Assembly: GCA_963734545.1 (NCBI GenBank)
Contig: CAVTHO010000007.1
Coordinates: 32,001-96,000 of the forward strand
DNA from: an uncultured Spirochaetota bacterium
GTDB lineage: Bacteria; Spirochaetota; Spirochaetia; SZUA-6; Fen-1364
Length of the DNA stretch: 64,000 bases
Reading direction: 5' to 3'
How positions within the stretch are numbered: the stretch's first letter is position 1; every line of letters begins with the position of its first letter. The translations under genes were made by a program, and so were the position numbers. The notes under the pieces are model-generated. The model saw nothing but the letters and a program-made list of their open reading frames with translations. It ran no database searches and was not told the origin of the DNA. Positions 20,799 to 30,451 of the stretch are shown here, piece by piece.

Positions 20799-21728
20799 AT
20801 GGGGAAGCTTCTCATTACCGGGGCATTGGGGCACATCGGATCGCGGTTGATACGCGGGATCGGAAAGGACCGTTTCGAAGAGGTGATCCTCCTGGACAAC
20901 CTCTCTACGCAGAGATACTGCTCCCTTTTCAATCTCCCGGAGGGGGTTCCCTTCCGGTTCGTGGAGGGCGATATCCTGGATGTGAACCTGAATGAGCTCC
21001 TCGCAGGCGTCACAATGGTGATCCACCTGGCGGCAATCACCAATGCAGCGGACAGCTTCGCAATGGGAGATGCGGTAGAGAGGGTCAACTTCGAGGGGAC
21101 AAAGAGGATCGCCGAGGCGTGCATGAAGCGCGGCATCAAGATGATCTTCTCTTCCACCACCAGCGTGTACGGCGTGCAGGAAGAGGTGGTAGACGAGGAC
21201 TGCTCCGAGGAAGGTCTCCAGCCGCAAAGCCCCTACGCCACCAGCAAGCTCAAGGCCGAGAAGCTCCTCCAGGAATACGGCCGGGTGGGCGGGCTCCGTT
21301 TTGTCCTCTGCCGCTTCGGCACCATCTTCGGCACGTCGATCGGGATGAGGTTCCACACGGCGGTGAACAAGTTCTGCTGGCAGGCGTGCATGGGGCAGCC
21401 CATCACCGTGTGGAAAACCGCCCTGAATCAGAGGCGGCCGTATCTCGACCTCACGGACTGCGTGCGGGCGATATGGTTCATCATCGATTCGGACAGGTTC
21501 GACGGGCAGATCTACAATGTTCTCACGACCAACACGACGGTTGGAGAAATCGTGGAGGCGATACGAAAACACGTCCCGGATCTCAAGGTCACGTATGTCG
21601 AATCCCAGATCATGAACCAGCTCTCCTACACGGTTCGCACGGATAAGTTCAAGGCCCTCGGCTTCACCTACGAAGGAGAACTCGCCCGGGGGATCGAGGA
21701 GACGATCAGGCTTCTGAAAGGCACCTGA
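20799..21728 (+). CDS. NAD-dependent epimerase/dehydratase (extended SDR)
   Basis: ITGALGHIGS, SSTTSVYG, YATSK. Confidence 0.9.
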   Translation: MGKLLITGALGHIGSRLIRGIGKDRFEEVILLDNLSTQRYCSLFNLPEGVPFRFVEGDILDVNLNELLAGVTMVIHLAAITNAADSFAMGDAVERVNFEGTKRIAEACMKRGIKMIFSSTTSVYGVQEEVVDEDCSEEGLQPQSPYATSKLKAEKLLQEYGRVGGLRFVLCRFGTIFGTSIGMRFHTAVNKFCWQACMGQPITVWKTALNQRRPYLDLTDCVRAIWFIIDSDRFDGQIYNVLTTNTTVGEIVEAIRKHVPDLKVTYVESQIMNQLSYTVRTDKFKALGFTYEGELARGIEETIRLLKGT

Positions 21729-21739
21729 GGGGAGCGCCC

Positions 21740-22855
21740 ATGGAGGAGATGGAAATCTCTGTAATCGGGGCCGGTGTCGTGGGGCTCGCCATAGCCGAAA
21801 GGCTGTCGAGGAAGTTCCGAAGCGTCATCGTCCTGGAAAGGAACGGCGCCTTCGGCCGGGAGACCAGCAGCAGGAACAGCGAGGTCATCCACTGCGGCAT
21901 TTACTACCCGAAAAACTCGCTGAAGGCCCGGCTCTGCGTCACGGGGGCACCGCGTCTCTACGAGCTGTGCGCGCGGTTCGATATCGGCCACAAGAGGGTG
22001 GGGAAGCTGATCGTCGCCACGGAAGACAATGAGCGGGAAGGCCTTCGCGCCCTGTATGCTCATGGACTGGGCAACGAGGTCGAGGGGCTGCGGCTGATCG
22101 ACGGCCAGGAGGCGCGATCTCTCGAGCCGACCGTGTGTGCCCGGGCGGCGATCCATTCCGCGAACACGGGAATCGTCAACTCGCACGAGCTCATGAAGCT
22201 CCTTCATGGCACCGCGCAGAACGCAGGCGCCATGTTCGCGTTCGGACAGAAGGTGAACCTCATCGACCGGCGGCCGGACGGTTATGTGATCGGCGTTGAG
22301 GGCGACGACTTCAAATTCAAATCGCGCGTCGTGGTGAATGCCGCCGGGCTGTGGGCCGACACCGTCGCCGGCCTCGCCGGAATCGACATCGAACGTTTCA
22401 GGTATCGCCTGAAGTACTGCAAAGGCTCCTATTTCTCATACTCGCGTCGATCTCCGATCTCACGCCTTGTCTACCCGCTGCCGGAGGAGAGCTTGAGGGG
22501 CCTGGGGGTGCACGCAACCGTGGACCTGGCGGGAAGGCTGAAATTCGGGCCCGACACGGAGTATGTCGAGGGACTCGAGTATTCGGTGGACAAAGGCAAG
22601 AGAAAGAGATTCTTCGAGTCTGCGGCGAAGATTATCGCGGGCCTCGACGCAGAATCGTTTGCGCCGGACATGGCCGGGGTGAGACCGAAGCTCAGCGGTC
22701 CGGGAGAAAGCGAAAGAGACTTCGTGATTGAAGAGGAGAGCGCGAAGGGCCTGCCAGGATTCATAAATCTTGTGGGAATCGAGTCTCCCGGTCTGACGGC
22801 CTCGCTTGCCATCGCCGAGCTCGTGGCGGGGATGGCGGAGGACGTCCTTGGCTGA
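21740..22855 (+). CDS. FAD-dependent oxidoreductase, L-2-hydroxyglutarate oxidase (LhgO)-like
   Basis: VIGAGVVG, TSSRNSEVIH.GIYY, GIESPGLTASLAIA. Confidence 0.85.
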   Translation: MEEMEISVIGAGVVGLAIAERLSRKFRSVIVLERNGAFGRETSSRNSEVIHCGIYYPKNSLKARLCVTGAPRLYELCARFDIGHKRVGKLIVATEDNEREGLRALYAHGLGNEVEGLRLIDGQEARSLEPTVCARAAIHSANTGIVNSHELMKLLHGTAQNAGAMFAFGQKVNLIDRRPDGYVIGVEGDDFKFKSRVVVNAAGLWADTVAGLAGIDIERFRYRLKYCKGSYFSYSRRSPISRLVYPLPEESLRGLGVHATVDLAGRLKFGPDTEYVEGLEYSVDKGKRKRFFESAAKIIAGLDAESFAPDMAGVRPKLSGPGESERDFVIEEESAKGLPGFINLVGIESPGLTASLAIAELVAGMAEDVLG

Positions 22856-23084
22856 ATAGCTCCCTGTCGAACGGCAGGCAATCGAGTTTTTGCTCGTCCC
22901 GTGGGCTTCAGCTCGGGGGAATTGTTCCATGGAACGGTTGTGCTCCAAAAAGGAACGGCGCATGGAACGGTACCGGGCCCTGACCGCGCCCACGGGCGGA
23001 GAATCTGGCAGCCGGTTCGCAGATCGGGGCAGTTTCAGGCCTGAAAGCCTCTCGTTTTATTTACTTTACCGTATATAGCGGCGA

Positions 23085-23100
23085 TGGCATGAAAAATGCA
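23085..23100 (+). promoter_or_regulatory. Sigma54-type -24/-12 promoter of the chemoreceptor gene
   Basis: TGGCAT-GAAAA-ATGCA (GG-N10-GC); AT-rich tract and GGAACGG repeats upstream. Confidence 0.55.
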
Positions 23101-23173
23101 TAACATAACCGTGTTGTCCAACATGTCTTGAGATTTCAGGACTGTGATATCAGTCCCCTATGGGAGGCGTTCC

Positions 23174-24628
23174 ATGATCACGAACGGCACGAGGATCGAG
23201 AAGACGCTCGGACTCATGAATGAGGGCGAGCTGGGTTTGGCGAATGATCTCGTCAACGGGATCAGGAGCGGCGTCGCCATCGGGATGAAAGCGCTCCTCT
23301 CCCGCCTGCTCGCGCAGAGGGGAGGCGTGAGCAGCCTGGTGAAAGAGATTTTCCTCATCGCCACCAAGCTGAGCGCGTTCGATCTCCGGCTCGGACTTGC
23401 GAGCGACGAGATGAGTCGCACGTCGGCAGAGCTGGAGACCAGAAGCGGGTCGATCAGCGATTCCATGGGAGAGACGAACAGTGCCATAGCGGAGATCGCC
23501 GCGTCCAACAATGACCTGTCCACCGCCTTGAACGGCATTTCCCAGGAATCTCGCGTGGTAAGCGAGAACACGCGCAGAAGTCAGGACAGTCTCGAGGAAA
23601 TGAAGGCGCACAACGCCAAACTCCTTGGAGCGTCCGGCGCCATGCAGTCGGATCTCGCGAATCTGGTAACGCTCCTCGACGGGATCAAGGTGACCATAGA
23701 AGGGATCTTCGACATCTCAGACCAGACGAATATGCTCGCCCTCAACGCGTCGATCGAGGCTGCGCGCGCCGGCGAGGCGGGAAGGGGATTCGCCGTGGTG
23801 GCGGACGAGGTCAGGCGGCTTTCGGAATCCACGAGGACCCGGGTGAAGTCCATCAATGACACTCTTCAGCGGGTGCACGTCGCCTCCACCAAGAGCACCG
23901 AAAGCGCCGGGGAAACGGTGCGCGCGGTGAGCGCAATCAACAGCGTGATCGAGTCGGTCTCCCGGTCTTTCACCGAGAATTCGAGCGCGGTCACAAGGAT
24001 CGCCGATGATCTGGCCACCATATCTGCGCGCAATGAGGAGCTGAACGCCGCCCTGGAAGAGATGACCGCCACCCTCTCCACCATCTTCCAGGAGAGCAAG
24101 GGCTTGAGCGAGCTCGGCCACCACACCGCGGCAGCCGGCGGGTCCATCCGTGAAACCGCGGAGCAGATGAAGAAGATCGAGGCCGACTTCACCCAGCTTG
24201 CGCAGAATGCCGGGGCGCTCGTCGTCGACCCGATTTTCCGCTTGTCGAACGACGATCTCATCACGGCGGTCGATGCGGCGGTCTCGGCGCACACGAAATG
24301 GCTGGCGGACCTTCGATCCATTGTCGATACCCAGACATTGAAGCCGCTGCAGCTCGATGACCACAAGTGCGGGTTCGGGCATTTCTACCATTCTGTGCGG
24401 CCCACCTCGACCAGGGCGCGGGCTATCTGGGAAGCGGTGGGAGTACATCATCAGGCGCTTCATCGCAAAGGCGGGGAAGTCATTCAGAGTGTCATGCGGC
24501 ACAACAAGACGTCCGCGGAGAGCGGTTGCCATGAGGCGACTGTGTTGTCGAAAAAGATCATTGCGGCGCTTCAGGAGCTGAAGACGCTGGCGGAAGAGTT
24601 GAACCAGAGGAACGAGTGCATCCTCTGA
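23174..24628 (+). CDS. Soluble methyl-accepting chemotaxis protein with C-terminal CZB zinc-binding domain
   Basis: [31 protein letters not shown] signalling hairpin; AHTKW...HKCGFG.FY...HHQALH CZB motif; no TM helix; GGAGG RBS. Confidence 0.9.
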   Translation: MITNGTRIEKTLGLMNEGELGLANDLVNGIRSGVAIGMKALLSRLLAQRGGVSSLVKEIFLIATKLSAFDLRLGLASDEMSRTSAELETRSGSISDSMGETNSAIAEIAASNNDLSTALNGISQESRVVSENTRRSQDSLEEMKAHNAKLLGASGAMQSDLANLVTLLDGIKVTIEGIFDISDQTNMLALNASIEAARAGEAGRGFAVVADEVRRLSESTRTRVKSINDTLQRVHVASTKSTESAGETVRAVSAINSVIESVSRSFTENSSAVTRIADDLATISARNEELNAALEEMTATLSTIFQESKGLSELGHHTAAAGGSIRETAEQMKKIEADFTQLAQNAGALVVDPIFRLSNDDLITAVDAAVSAHTKWLADLRSIVDTQTLKPLQLDDHKCGFGHFYHSVRPTSTRARAIWEAVGVHHQALHRKGGEVIQSVMRHNKTSAESGCHEATVLSKKIIAALQELKTLAEELNQRNECIL

Positions 24629-24712
24629 GCCAGCCGCGGCGCCGGCCCGGACGGAGGCGGCAGCAATCCTTCGCGCGTCGATTCTCCAGGAAAGCAGTCC
24701 GCACGCTACCCG

Positions 24713-25750
24713 TCAGGGCGCGCCGTCTTCCTCTGCCGGCCGCGCGCGGCCCGTGGATTCTCTTACCGCAAGCTCCGGGGCAAAGACCACCCGGCGCGGC
24801 TCGAGGTCGCGCTTTTCAACGCCTTGAAGAAGGAGGTCGGCCGCGGCCTCCCCGACGGCCCGCATCTTCAGGTCCACCGAGGTAAGGCGGACCCGACCGG
24901 AAAGAGCCAGGATGGTATTGTCGTGTCCGACCACGGAAAGGCTCCCCGGGACGTCGATCCCGTTGCGCAGGGCGGCGTTCATGACCCCAACGGCCATGAG
25001 ATCGTTGCAGGCAAAGACTGCCTGGGGCACGCGCCGCCGGCCGATAAGCTCCATCATGGCCTCCTCGGCGAGCCCGAGCGCCTCCTCAGTGTTTCCCCGT
25101 TCGACGACGAGAAGGGAGTGAGGAGCGGGGACGACGCCCCGATCGACGAGATACTTTCTCCAGGCCTCCTCCTTGATGTCGTAGGAGTAGCCGATCTTCC
25201 CCCGAACAAAGGCGATGTCACGATGACCCTGGCTCCATAGATGGTCCATGACCTTGCGCATTCCCATGGTCTGATCGATGACGATCGAGTTGATGTCCAC
25301 GATCTCGGGATTTGAATGGACGAGCACGAGGGACATGCTCCGTCCAAGCCGCTGAAAAAAGCCGTTCTCCCAGTTCTCGAGGGAGCAGTCCACGACCACG
25401 GCGCCTTCCATGCCCCGCAGCGAATAGTTCTCCAGGTACCTTCTCTCCATTTCCCAGGACCCGGAGGTGGATCCGAGAAGAAGCGTGTAGCCTTGATCGC
25501 GAAGCTTTCCCTCGAATGCCTCGGCGATCTCCAGGTAATAGTTGTTGGTCATGCTCGTGATGAGAAGGCCCGCCGCCCTGAAGCCTTTGCGCATGAGGCC
25601 GCGGGCGTGGAAATTGGGGACGTAGCGAAAGCGGGCGATAGTCTTCTCGACCCGGTCCCTGTTTCCTGCCCGGACTGCTTTTCCGTTCAAGACTCGGGAC
25701 ACGGTGGAGATGGATACCCCTGCCGCCCGCGCGATGTCCTCAATCGTCAT
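24713..25750 (-). CDS. LacI-family transcriptional regulator
   Basis: MTIEDIARAAGVSISTVSRVLN; VFACNDLMA; LSVVGHDN. Confidence 0.95.
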   Translation of the reverse strand: MTIEDIARAAGVSISTVSRVLNGKAVRAGNRDRVEKTIARFRYVPNFHARGLMRKGFRAAGLLITSMTNNYYLEIAEAFEGKLRDQGYTLLLGSTSGSWEMERRYLENYSLRGMEGAVVVDCSLENWENGFFQRLGRSMSLVLVHSNPEIVDINSIVIDQTMGMRKVMDHLWSQGHRDIAFVRGKIGYSYDIKEEAWRKYLVDRGVVPAPHSLLVVERGNTEEALGLAEEAMMELIGRRRVPQAVFACNDLMAVGVMNAALRNGIDVPGSLSVVGHDNTILALSGRVRLTSVDLKMRAVGEAAADLLLQGVEKRDLEPRRVVFAPELAVRESTGRARPAEEDGAP

Positions 25751-25797
25751 GGCGCATATGTTCTCCCGCCTTGTTCCATATGTCAAGTTAGTGATTG

Positions 25798-25811
25798 CAC
25801 AAGCGCTTTCA
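25798..25811. promoter_or_regulatory. LacI-type operator (ACAAGCGCTTTCA)
   Basis: Same AAGCGCTTTCA core as 31834-31847; upstream of lacI. Confidence 0.55.
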
Positions 25812-25940
25812 CTTATTAAATGTTTACATAATAATTAATTATAGCATAATGATTATTGCTATTAGAAATCTTTTGCACATTTTTATTGACGGCACGTCAG
25901 AAGGCTGGTAAAGTAGCAGCTAAAATGGAGGGTTCAAAAA

Positions 25941-27305
25941 ATGCAGCAACGGATCCTCTCTCTCCTGCCGGTGGCAGTATGCGCCGCGCTTCTCTTCGGC
26001 CTGGGGGGATTGCCCCGGATTGCCGCCGCACCCGCTGACGCAGGAGGCCAGGCGCTGGTTCCCGGCGGTTTCGTCTACGGAGACAAGCTTCCCGACGCCC
26101 CTGAGCTGGCGGCCCGCGGCCCTTACGGCGTCGGAGTGCGCACCATGAAAGTGGTGAACCCGAATCAGCTCGACATCCTCAAATTCCAGGCCGGGAAGAA
26201 CGAGAATCCACGCTATGATCGTCCTCTCACACTCGAGATATGGTATCCGGCGATCATTCCATCAGGCAGGCAGGAAAGGGTCATCTACAACGACATGCTG
26301 GGCCTTTCCAATGATCCGAAACGCCCCAACGCGGCGTTCAGATTCCCCGGCCGCGCCCTGAGGGATGCGGCGCCATTCGGCAAAGACGGTCCTTACCCGC
26401 TCCTGATCGTCTCGCACGGCTATCCCGGTTCTCGCTTCATGATGAGCTACCTGACAGAGAACCTCGCGTCCAAGGGGTATGTGGTCGTGGCGATAGATCA
26501 CACGGAGTCCACATTCGGGAACGTGGGCGGCTTTGCCAGCACGCTCCTCAACCGCTCACTCGATCAGCTCTTCGTCATCGCACAGATGGCTCTGAAGGCA
26601 GAAGACGCCAAAAGCTTCCTGCACCGCCTCGTGGATGCGGACAACACCGCGATCATAGGCTATTCAATGGGAGGCTTCGGTGCGCTCAATGCGGCGGGCG
26701 CGGGCTACAACCCGGGCGGCGCCATCTATTCATGGGTTCCGGGAGGAAAGCTCGCTGCGCGTTCCGAGGGCAATCCCGAATATGTCGCCTCCATCGATGC
26801 GCGCATCAAGGCTGTCGTGTGTCTCGCTCCCTGGGGCCAGGGCTCGATGGGCGGAAATGCCCTCCAGACCTGGACCTCCTCCGCGCTGGCCAACATCAAG
26901 GTCCCTTCGCTGTTCATAGTCGGCAGCCAGGATGATGTCGCCCTCTACGATGCGCAGGGCTGGGGCGTCCGGCGCATCTTCGAGGAGACGGTCAATTCCG
27001 ACCGCTACATGCTGGTATACGAGAACGCATCGCACAACATTGCCCCCAATCCGCCGCCCGTGGATTCATGGAAGCTCTGGCCGGAGTACGAGCGCTACTC
27101 CGAGCCCGCGTGGAGCTCCCCCCGTATCAACAATATCAACCAGCACTTCATCACCGCGTTTTTGGATATGCACCTGAAGGGGAGGGACGACGCGAGCTAC
27201 CTCAATGTGACTCCCCAGTCCAACGACGGCGTCTGGGACACCAACTACTGGAAAGGCTTCGTGAACCGCACGGCGCGCGGCTTGGAGATGTACCACATGC
27301 CATGA
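25941..27305 (+). CDS. Secreted alpha/beta hydrolase (PAF-acetylhydrolase/dienelactone hydrolase-like)
   Basis: Signal peptide; VSHGYPG; GYSMGG nucleophile elbow; GSQDDV; ASHN. Confidence 0.85.
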   Translation: MQQRILSLLPVAVCAALLFGLGGLPRIAAAPADAGGQALVPGGFVYGDKLPDAPELAARGPYGVGVRTMKVVNPNQLDILKFQAGKNENPRYDRPLTLEIWYPAIIPSGRQERVIYNDMLGLSNDPKRPNAAFRFPGRALRDAAPFGKDGPYPLLIVSHGYPGSRFMMSYLTENLASKGYVVVAIDHTESTFGNVGGFASTLLNRSLDQLFVIAQMALKAEDAKSFLHRLVDADNTAIIGYSMGGFGALNAAGAGYNPGGAIYSWVPGGKLAARSEGNPEYVASIDARIKAVVCLAPWGQGSMGGNALQTWTSSALANIKVPSLFIVGSQDDVALYDAQGWGVRRIFEETVNSDRYMLVYENASHNIAPNPPPVDSWKLWPEYERYSEPAWSSPRINNINQHFITAFLDMHLKGRDDASYLNVTPQSNDGVWDTNYWKGFVNRTARGLEMYHMP

Positions 27306-27346
27306 GAGCCCGGTCCGAGCAGCGCGCGCGGCCTGACGGAACCGAC

Positions 27347-28597
27347 CTACAGCTTCATCTCCACCACGCCATCCACGACCCGGCACTCGTGCACCGCGAA
27401 GCGGTCTGCAAGGGCAGGGTAGGCGCGGGGATACGCCGTCTGGACAGCCTTGCGAAGGGCCGCGACCGAGCCTGCTTTCACCAGCGCTCCGGAGGCGCCC
27501 TTGTCTCCGCCTCCCAGCATCCGTTCACCCAGCACGCCGGGCACCGTGCGCGCGATGTCGCACATGGCCTCCAGCTCAGGGCCGGAGATCTTGTACAGGT
27601 CACGGAGGCCCACACCGTCGGCGCGGAAGATCGCCCCGACATCCTCGATATCGCCTGCCCGCCACGCCTTGAGCATCCGGGAGAACCTGGCCTGGGCTTC
27701 GAAGATGTAGCTCAGCCGATCACAGAGATCAGGATGGGATGCGGAAAACCTGTCCTTGATTGCCCGGTAGAGCTTCCTGTCCCGCACATCGGCAAGGGCG
27801 CGGATTCCGAACTCGCTCGACGCCATTTCCACGAGCTTCTCGCACTCGGCCCGCCGGACACGGTACGTGGACTTCTCCAGTCCGGGCCGGACCGTCCCCG
27901 TGTCCAGGCTCACGATGCGGAAATCCGCTGCCTCCAGTCCAAGGGGGACATACCTGATCGATCGATGGGAAGGATCGTAATGCGTTCCCATACCGGCCTT
28001 TGCAAAGTAGATCATGATCTGGTCGAGCTGCCCGCAGGGGGACCCGATATAGTCGTTCTCCACGGCCTGGGCCAGGTCGATAATCCGCATCCGGTCCTTG
28101 CCGAGTGAAAGACCGTTTGCCTCCAGCACGGTGAGCATGAGGTTGAGCGTCAGCGAGGCGGACCGCGACATGCCCCCGCCGGGGATATTGCCGATGAGCA
28201 CCGCGTCGAAGCCTTTCGCCGGTGTCATGCCTTCGCGGCGGAGGATGGCGTCTACCCCGTAGGGAAACCGGGCCCAGGTGTCGGCGATCTCGGGGGAGCG
28301 CGGCCCCGGCGTGAGGCCGCTTTTAAAGCTCACCACCCCATCGCGCGGGAAGTTGCCGCTGAACAGGCGGATCCTGTCCGTCTGGTTCGGTTTCCAGCCC
28401 AGCCAGATGAATCGGTCGGTGCCGACGCCGAAGAGCTCGGTTCCATTGTAGTCGCCGTGCTCCACGCCGAGGCAGAACCGTGACGAGGTGCGCCGCAGTC
28501 TTCCGCCCGTGACATCGAGGCCGCTCTCCTCTGCCAGGCGGAGGATCTCCGATCTCGCCTGCGCATCGTTTTGAGGTGTGTGCATCGTGGTTGTCAT
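27347..28597 (-). CDS. GHMP sugar kinase, galactokinase-like but divergent
   Basis: RFCLGVEHGDYNG, PGGGMSRSAS, CGQLDQ and GERMLGGGDKG correspond to the GalK motifs. Confidence 0.8.
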   Translation of the reverse strand: MTTTMHTPQNDAQARSEILRLAEESGLDVTGGRLRRTSSRFCLGVEHGDYNGTELFGVGTDRFIWLGWKPNQTDRIRLFSGNFPRDGVVSFKSGLTPGPRSPEIADTWARFPYGVDAILRREGMTPAKGFDAVLIGNIPGGGMSRSASLTLNLMLTVLEANGLSLGKDRMRIIDLAQAVENDYIGSPCGQLDQIMIYFAKAGMGTHYDPSHRSIRYVPLGLEAADFRIVSLDTGTVRPGLEKSTYRVRRAECEKLVEMASSEFGIRALADVRDRKLYRAIKDRFSASHPDLCDRLSYIFEAQARFSRMLKAWRAGDIEDVGAIFRADGVGLRDLYKISGPELEAMCDIARTVPGVLGERMLGGGDKGASGALVKAGSVAALRKAVQTAYPRAYPALADRFAVHECRVVDGVVEMKL

Positions 28598-28672
28598 GCT
28601 GTGTGCGCAACAGGATAGTACGATCGAAGTTCAGGCGTCTACGGGACGGGGCACAGGCGCATGCGGCAGGGC

Positions 28673-29470
28673 TCAGCCCTTCACCGCTCCGGTTGTCATG
28701 CCTTCCCCTAGCTGATCCTGCAGGAAAAGATAGACCAGGACTGAAGGTACTGCCATGATCACCAGGCAGGCGAAAACCACCTCAGGCCGGGCGCCGTAGA
28801 TCGAGGATGTCAGGGAAACGACTGCCATTGGCAGCGTCCGCATGCTGTCGGTTCGGGAAAACAGCAGTGGATTGAGGTAGTCGTTCCACGAGGTGATGAA
28901 GCCCAGGACAATGACGTTGATGATCGCCGGTTTGCTGATGGGCGCATAGACCTTGAGCCATGCCGTGAAAAAGCCGCCGCCTTCCATGGTCGTGGCCTCG
29001 AGCAGTTCCCTTCCCAGAGAATCGAAGTAGTTCTTGAGTATGAGGATCGCCACCGGCATCCAATACGTCGCCGCGGGCAGCACCAGGGCCTGGTAGGAGT
29101 TCATCCACCCCAGCGCCTTCATGGTCTGGAACAGCGGCGTGATGAAACAGAGCATCGAGATGGACATGGTCAGCATGATGACCATGTAGATCAGGCCGCG
29201 GCCCGGGAAACGGATCTTCGAGAAGGCGAATGCGGCGGGGGAGGCGACGGCAACTATCAAAGCCACCTGCAGGATGGATACCACGAAGCTGTTGAAGATC
29301 ATGCGCGCGATAGGGAACCCCGAGGTGAACAGGTAAGCGTAGTTGCCGATCCCCGCTCGGGCGAAAGAGGAGATCCCGACGTTGGCCAGCGGGATGATGT
29401 ACAGGACTCCCAGGAGGCACAGCAGGAGCTCGATCCCGACCTTTTGGCCGATGGAAAGCTTCCTGAACAT
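28673..29470 (-). CDS. Carbohydrate ABC transporter permease (MalG-like)
   Basis: EAA-like loop ELLEATTMEGG; SWNDYL.PL; 6 TM helices. Confidence 0.9.
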   Translation of the reverse strand: MFRKLSIGQKVGIELLLCLLGVLYIIPLANVGISSFARAGIGNYAYLFTSGFPIARMIFNSFVVSILQVALIVAVASPAAFAFSKIRFPGRGLIYMVIMLTMSISMLCFITPLFQTMKALGWMNSYQALVLPAATYWMPVAILILKNYFDSLGRELLEATTMEGGGFFTAWLKVYAPISKPAIINVIVLGFITSWNDYLNPLLFSRTDSMRTLPMAVVSLTSSIYGARPEVVFACLVIMAVPSVLVYLFLQDQLGEGMTTGAVKG

Positions 29471-29471
29471 G

Positions 29472-30383
29472 TCAGGCCTCCTGCTTCCGCCTGTTGAAGG
29501 AGATCTGGATGGCGGAGAGGGCCACGCTCAGGAAAATCATCACGACGCTGATGGACGCGCCATAGCCTGCCTGGGAATTCTGGGAAACAGCCTGGTACAA
29601 CAAGGTGGCGGGGAACTGGGTGGCATTCCCCGGCCCGCCGCCGGTGAGAAGCCACACGATGTCGAATGTTTTGATCGCGCCGACCATGCCGAGGATGATG
29701 ACCGTTGTATGGGTAGGCCAGAGGCCGGGCCACACGACGCTGCGCAGGGTCCTCCAGAAGCCGGCGCCATCGATCTGCGCGGCCTCGTAAATCTCGTCCT
29801 TGATGGTGGTGAGGCCGGCGATGTAGAAGACCATCTGGGCGCCCATCCACTGGAAGATGTTGGTGAGTACGATGCAGCCAAGGGCGGTCCGCGGATCGCC
29901 CAGCCAGGCCCGGACCAGGCTGGACAGCCCGAGGGACTTCAGCGTCGTATTGATCACCCCGAAATTGGGCTCGTAGAGTCCCATGAAGGTGCGGGCAATG
30001 ACCGTCGTCGAAAGGGCCACGGGAATGTAGAACAATGCCTTGAAGAAGCGGCTCCCGAAGAGCCGCGGCCGAAGCAGGAGCGCCACGCAGAGGCCCACGA
30101 ACATCTGGACAGTGACGGTGAAGAACATGAAGATCATGACGTTGGCCAGAGCCCTCAGGGACAAGGGATCGGAAAAGAGCACCCGGTAATTCCTCAGGCC
30201 GCGGAAAACCATTGTCGCAGGATCGAAGCCGTCCCATTTGTAGAGGCTGAGCCGGAGAACGTAGGAAAGCCCGTAAAAAACGAAGAGACCCATGAGGGCA
30301 AGAACCGGAGCGAGAAAGAGGTAGCCGGAAACGGTTTCGGTTGTTCTCATCCGCGGAAAGGAGCCGGGTCTTGGTCGGTCCAT
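29472..30383 (-). CDS. Carbohydrate ABC transporter permease (MalF-like)
   Basis: IYEAAQIDGA; FDIVWLLTGGGPG. Confidence 0.92.
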   Translation of the reverse strand: MDRPRPGSFPRMRTTETVSGYLFLAPVLALMGLFVFYGLSYVLRLSLYKWDGFDPATMVFRGLRNYRVLFSDPLSLRALANVMIFMFFTVTVQMFVGLCVALLLRPRLFGSRFFKALFYIPVALSTTVIARTFMGLYEPNFGVINTTLKSLGLSSLVRAWLGDPRTALGCIVLTNIFQWMGAQMVFYIAGLTTIKDEIYEAAQIDGAGFWRTLRSVVWPGLWPTHTTVIILGMVGAIKTFDIVWLLTGGGPGNATQFPATLLYQAVSQNSQAGYGASISVVMIFLSVALSAIQISFNRRKQEA

Positions 30384-30404
30384 GTCGAGCTCCCGTATAA
30401 TAAA

Positions 30405-30431
30405 ACGGCTGGCCTTGCTCCGGCCAGCCGT
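30405..30431. terminator. Stem-loop between the SBP and permease genes
   Basis: ACGGCTGGCC-loop-GGCCAGCCGT, followed by TTTTAT on the minus strand. Confidence 0.55.
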
Positions 30432-30451
30432 GCGAATCGAGCTTCGTTCCC

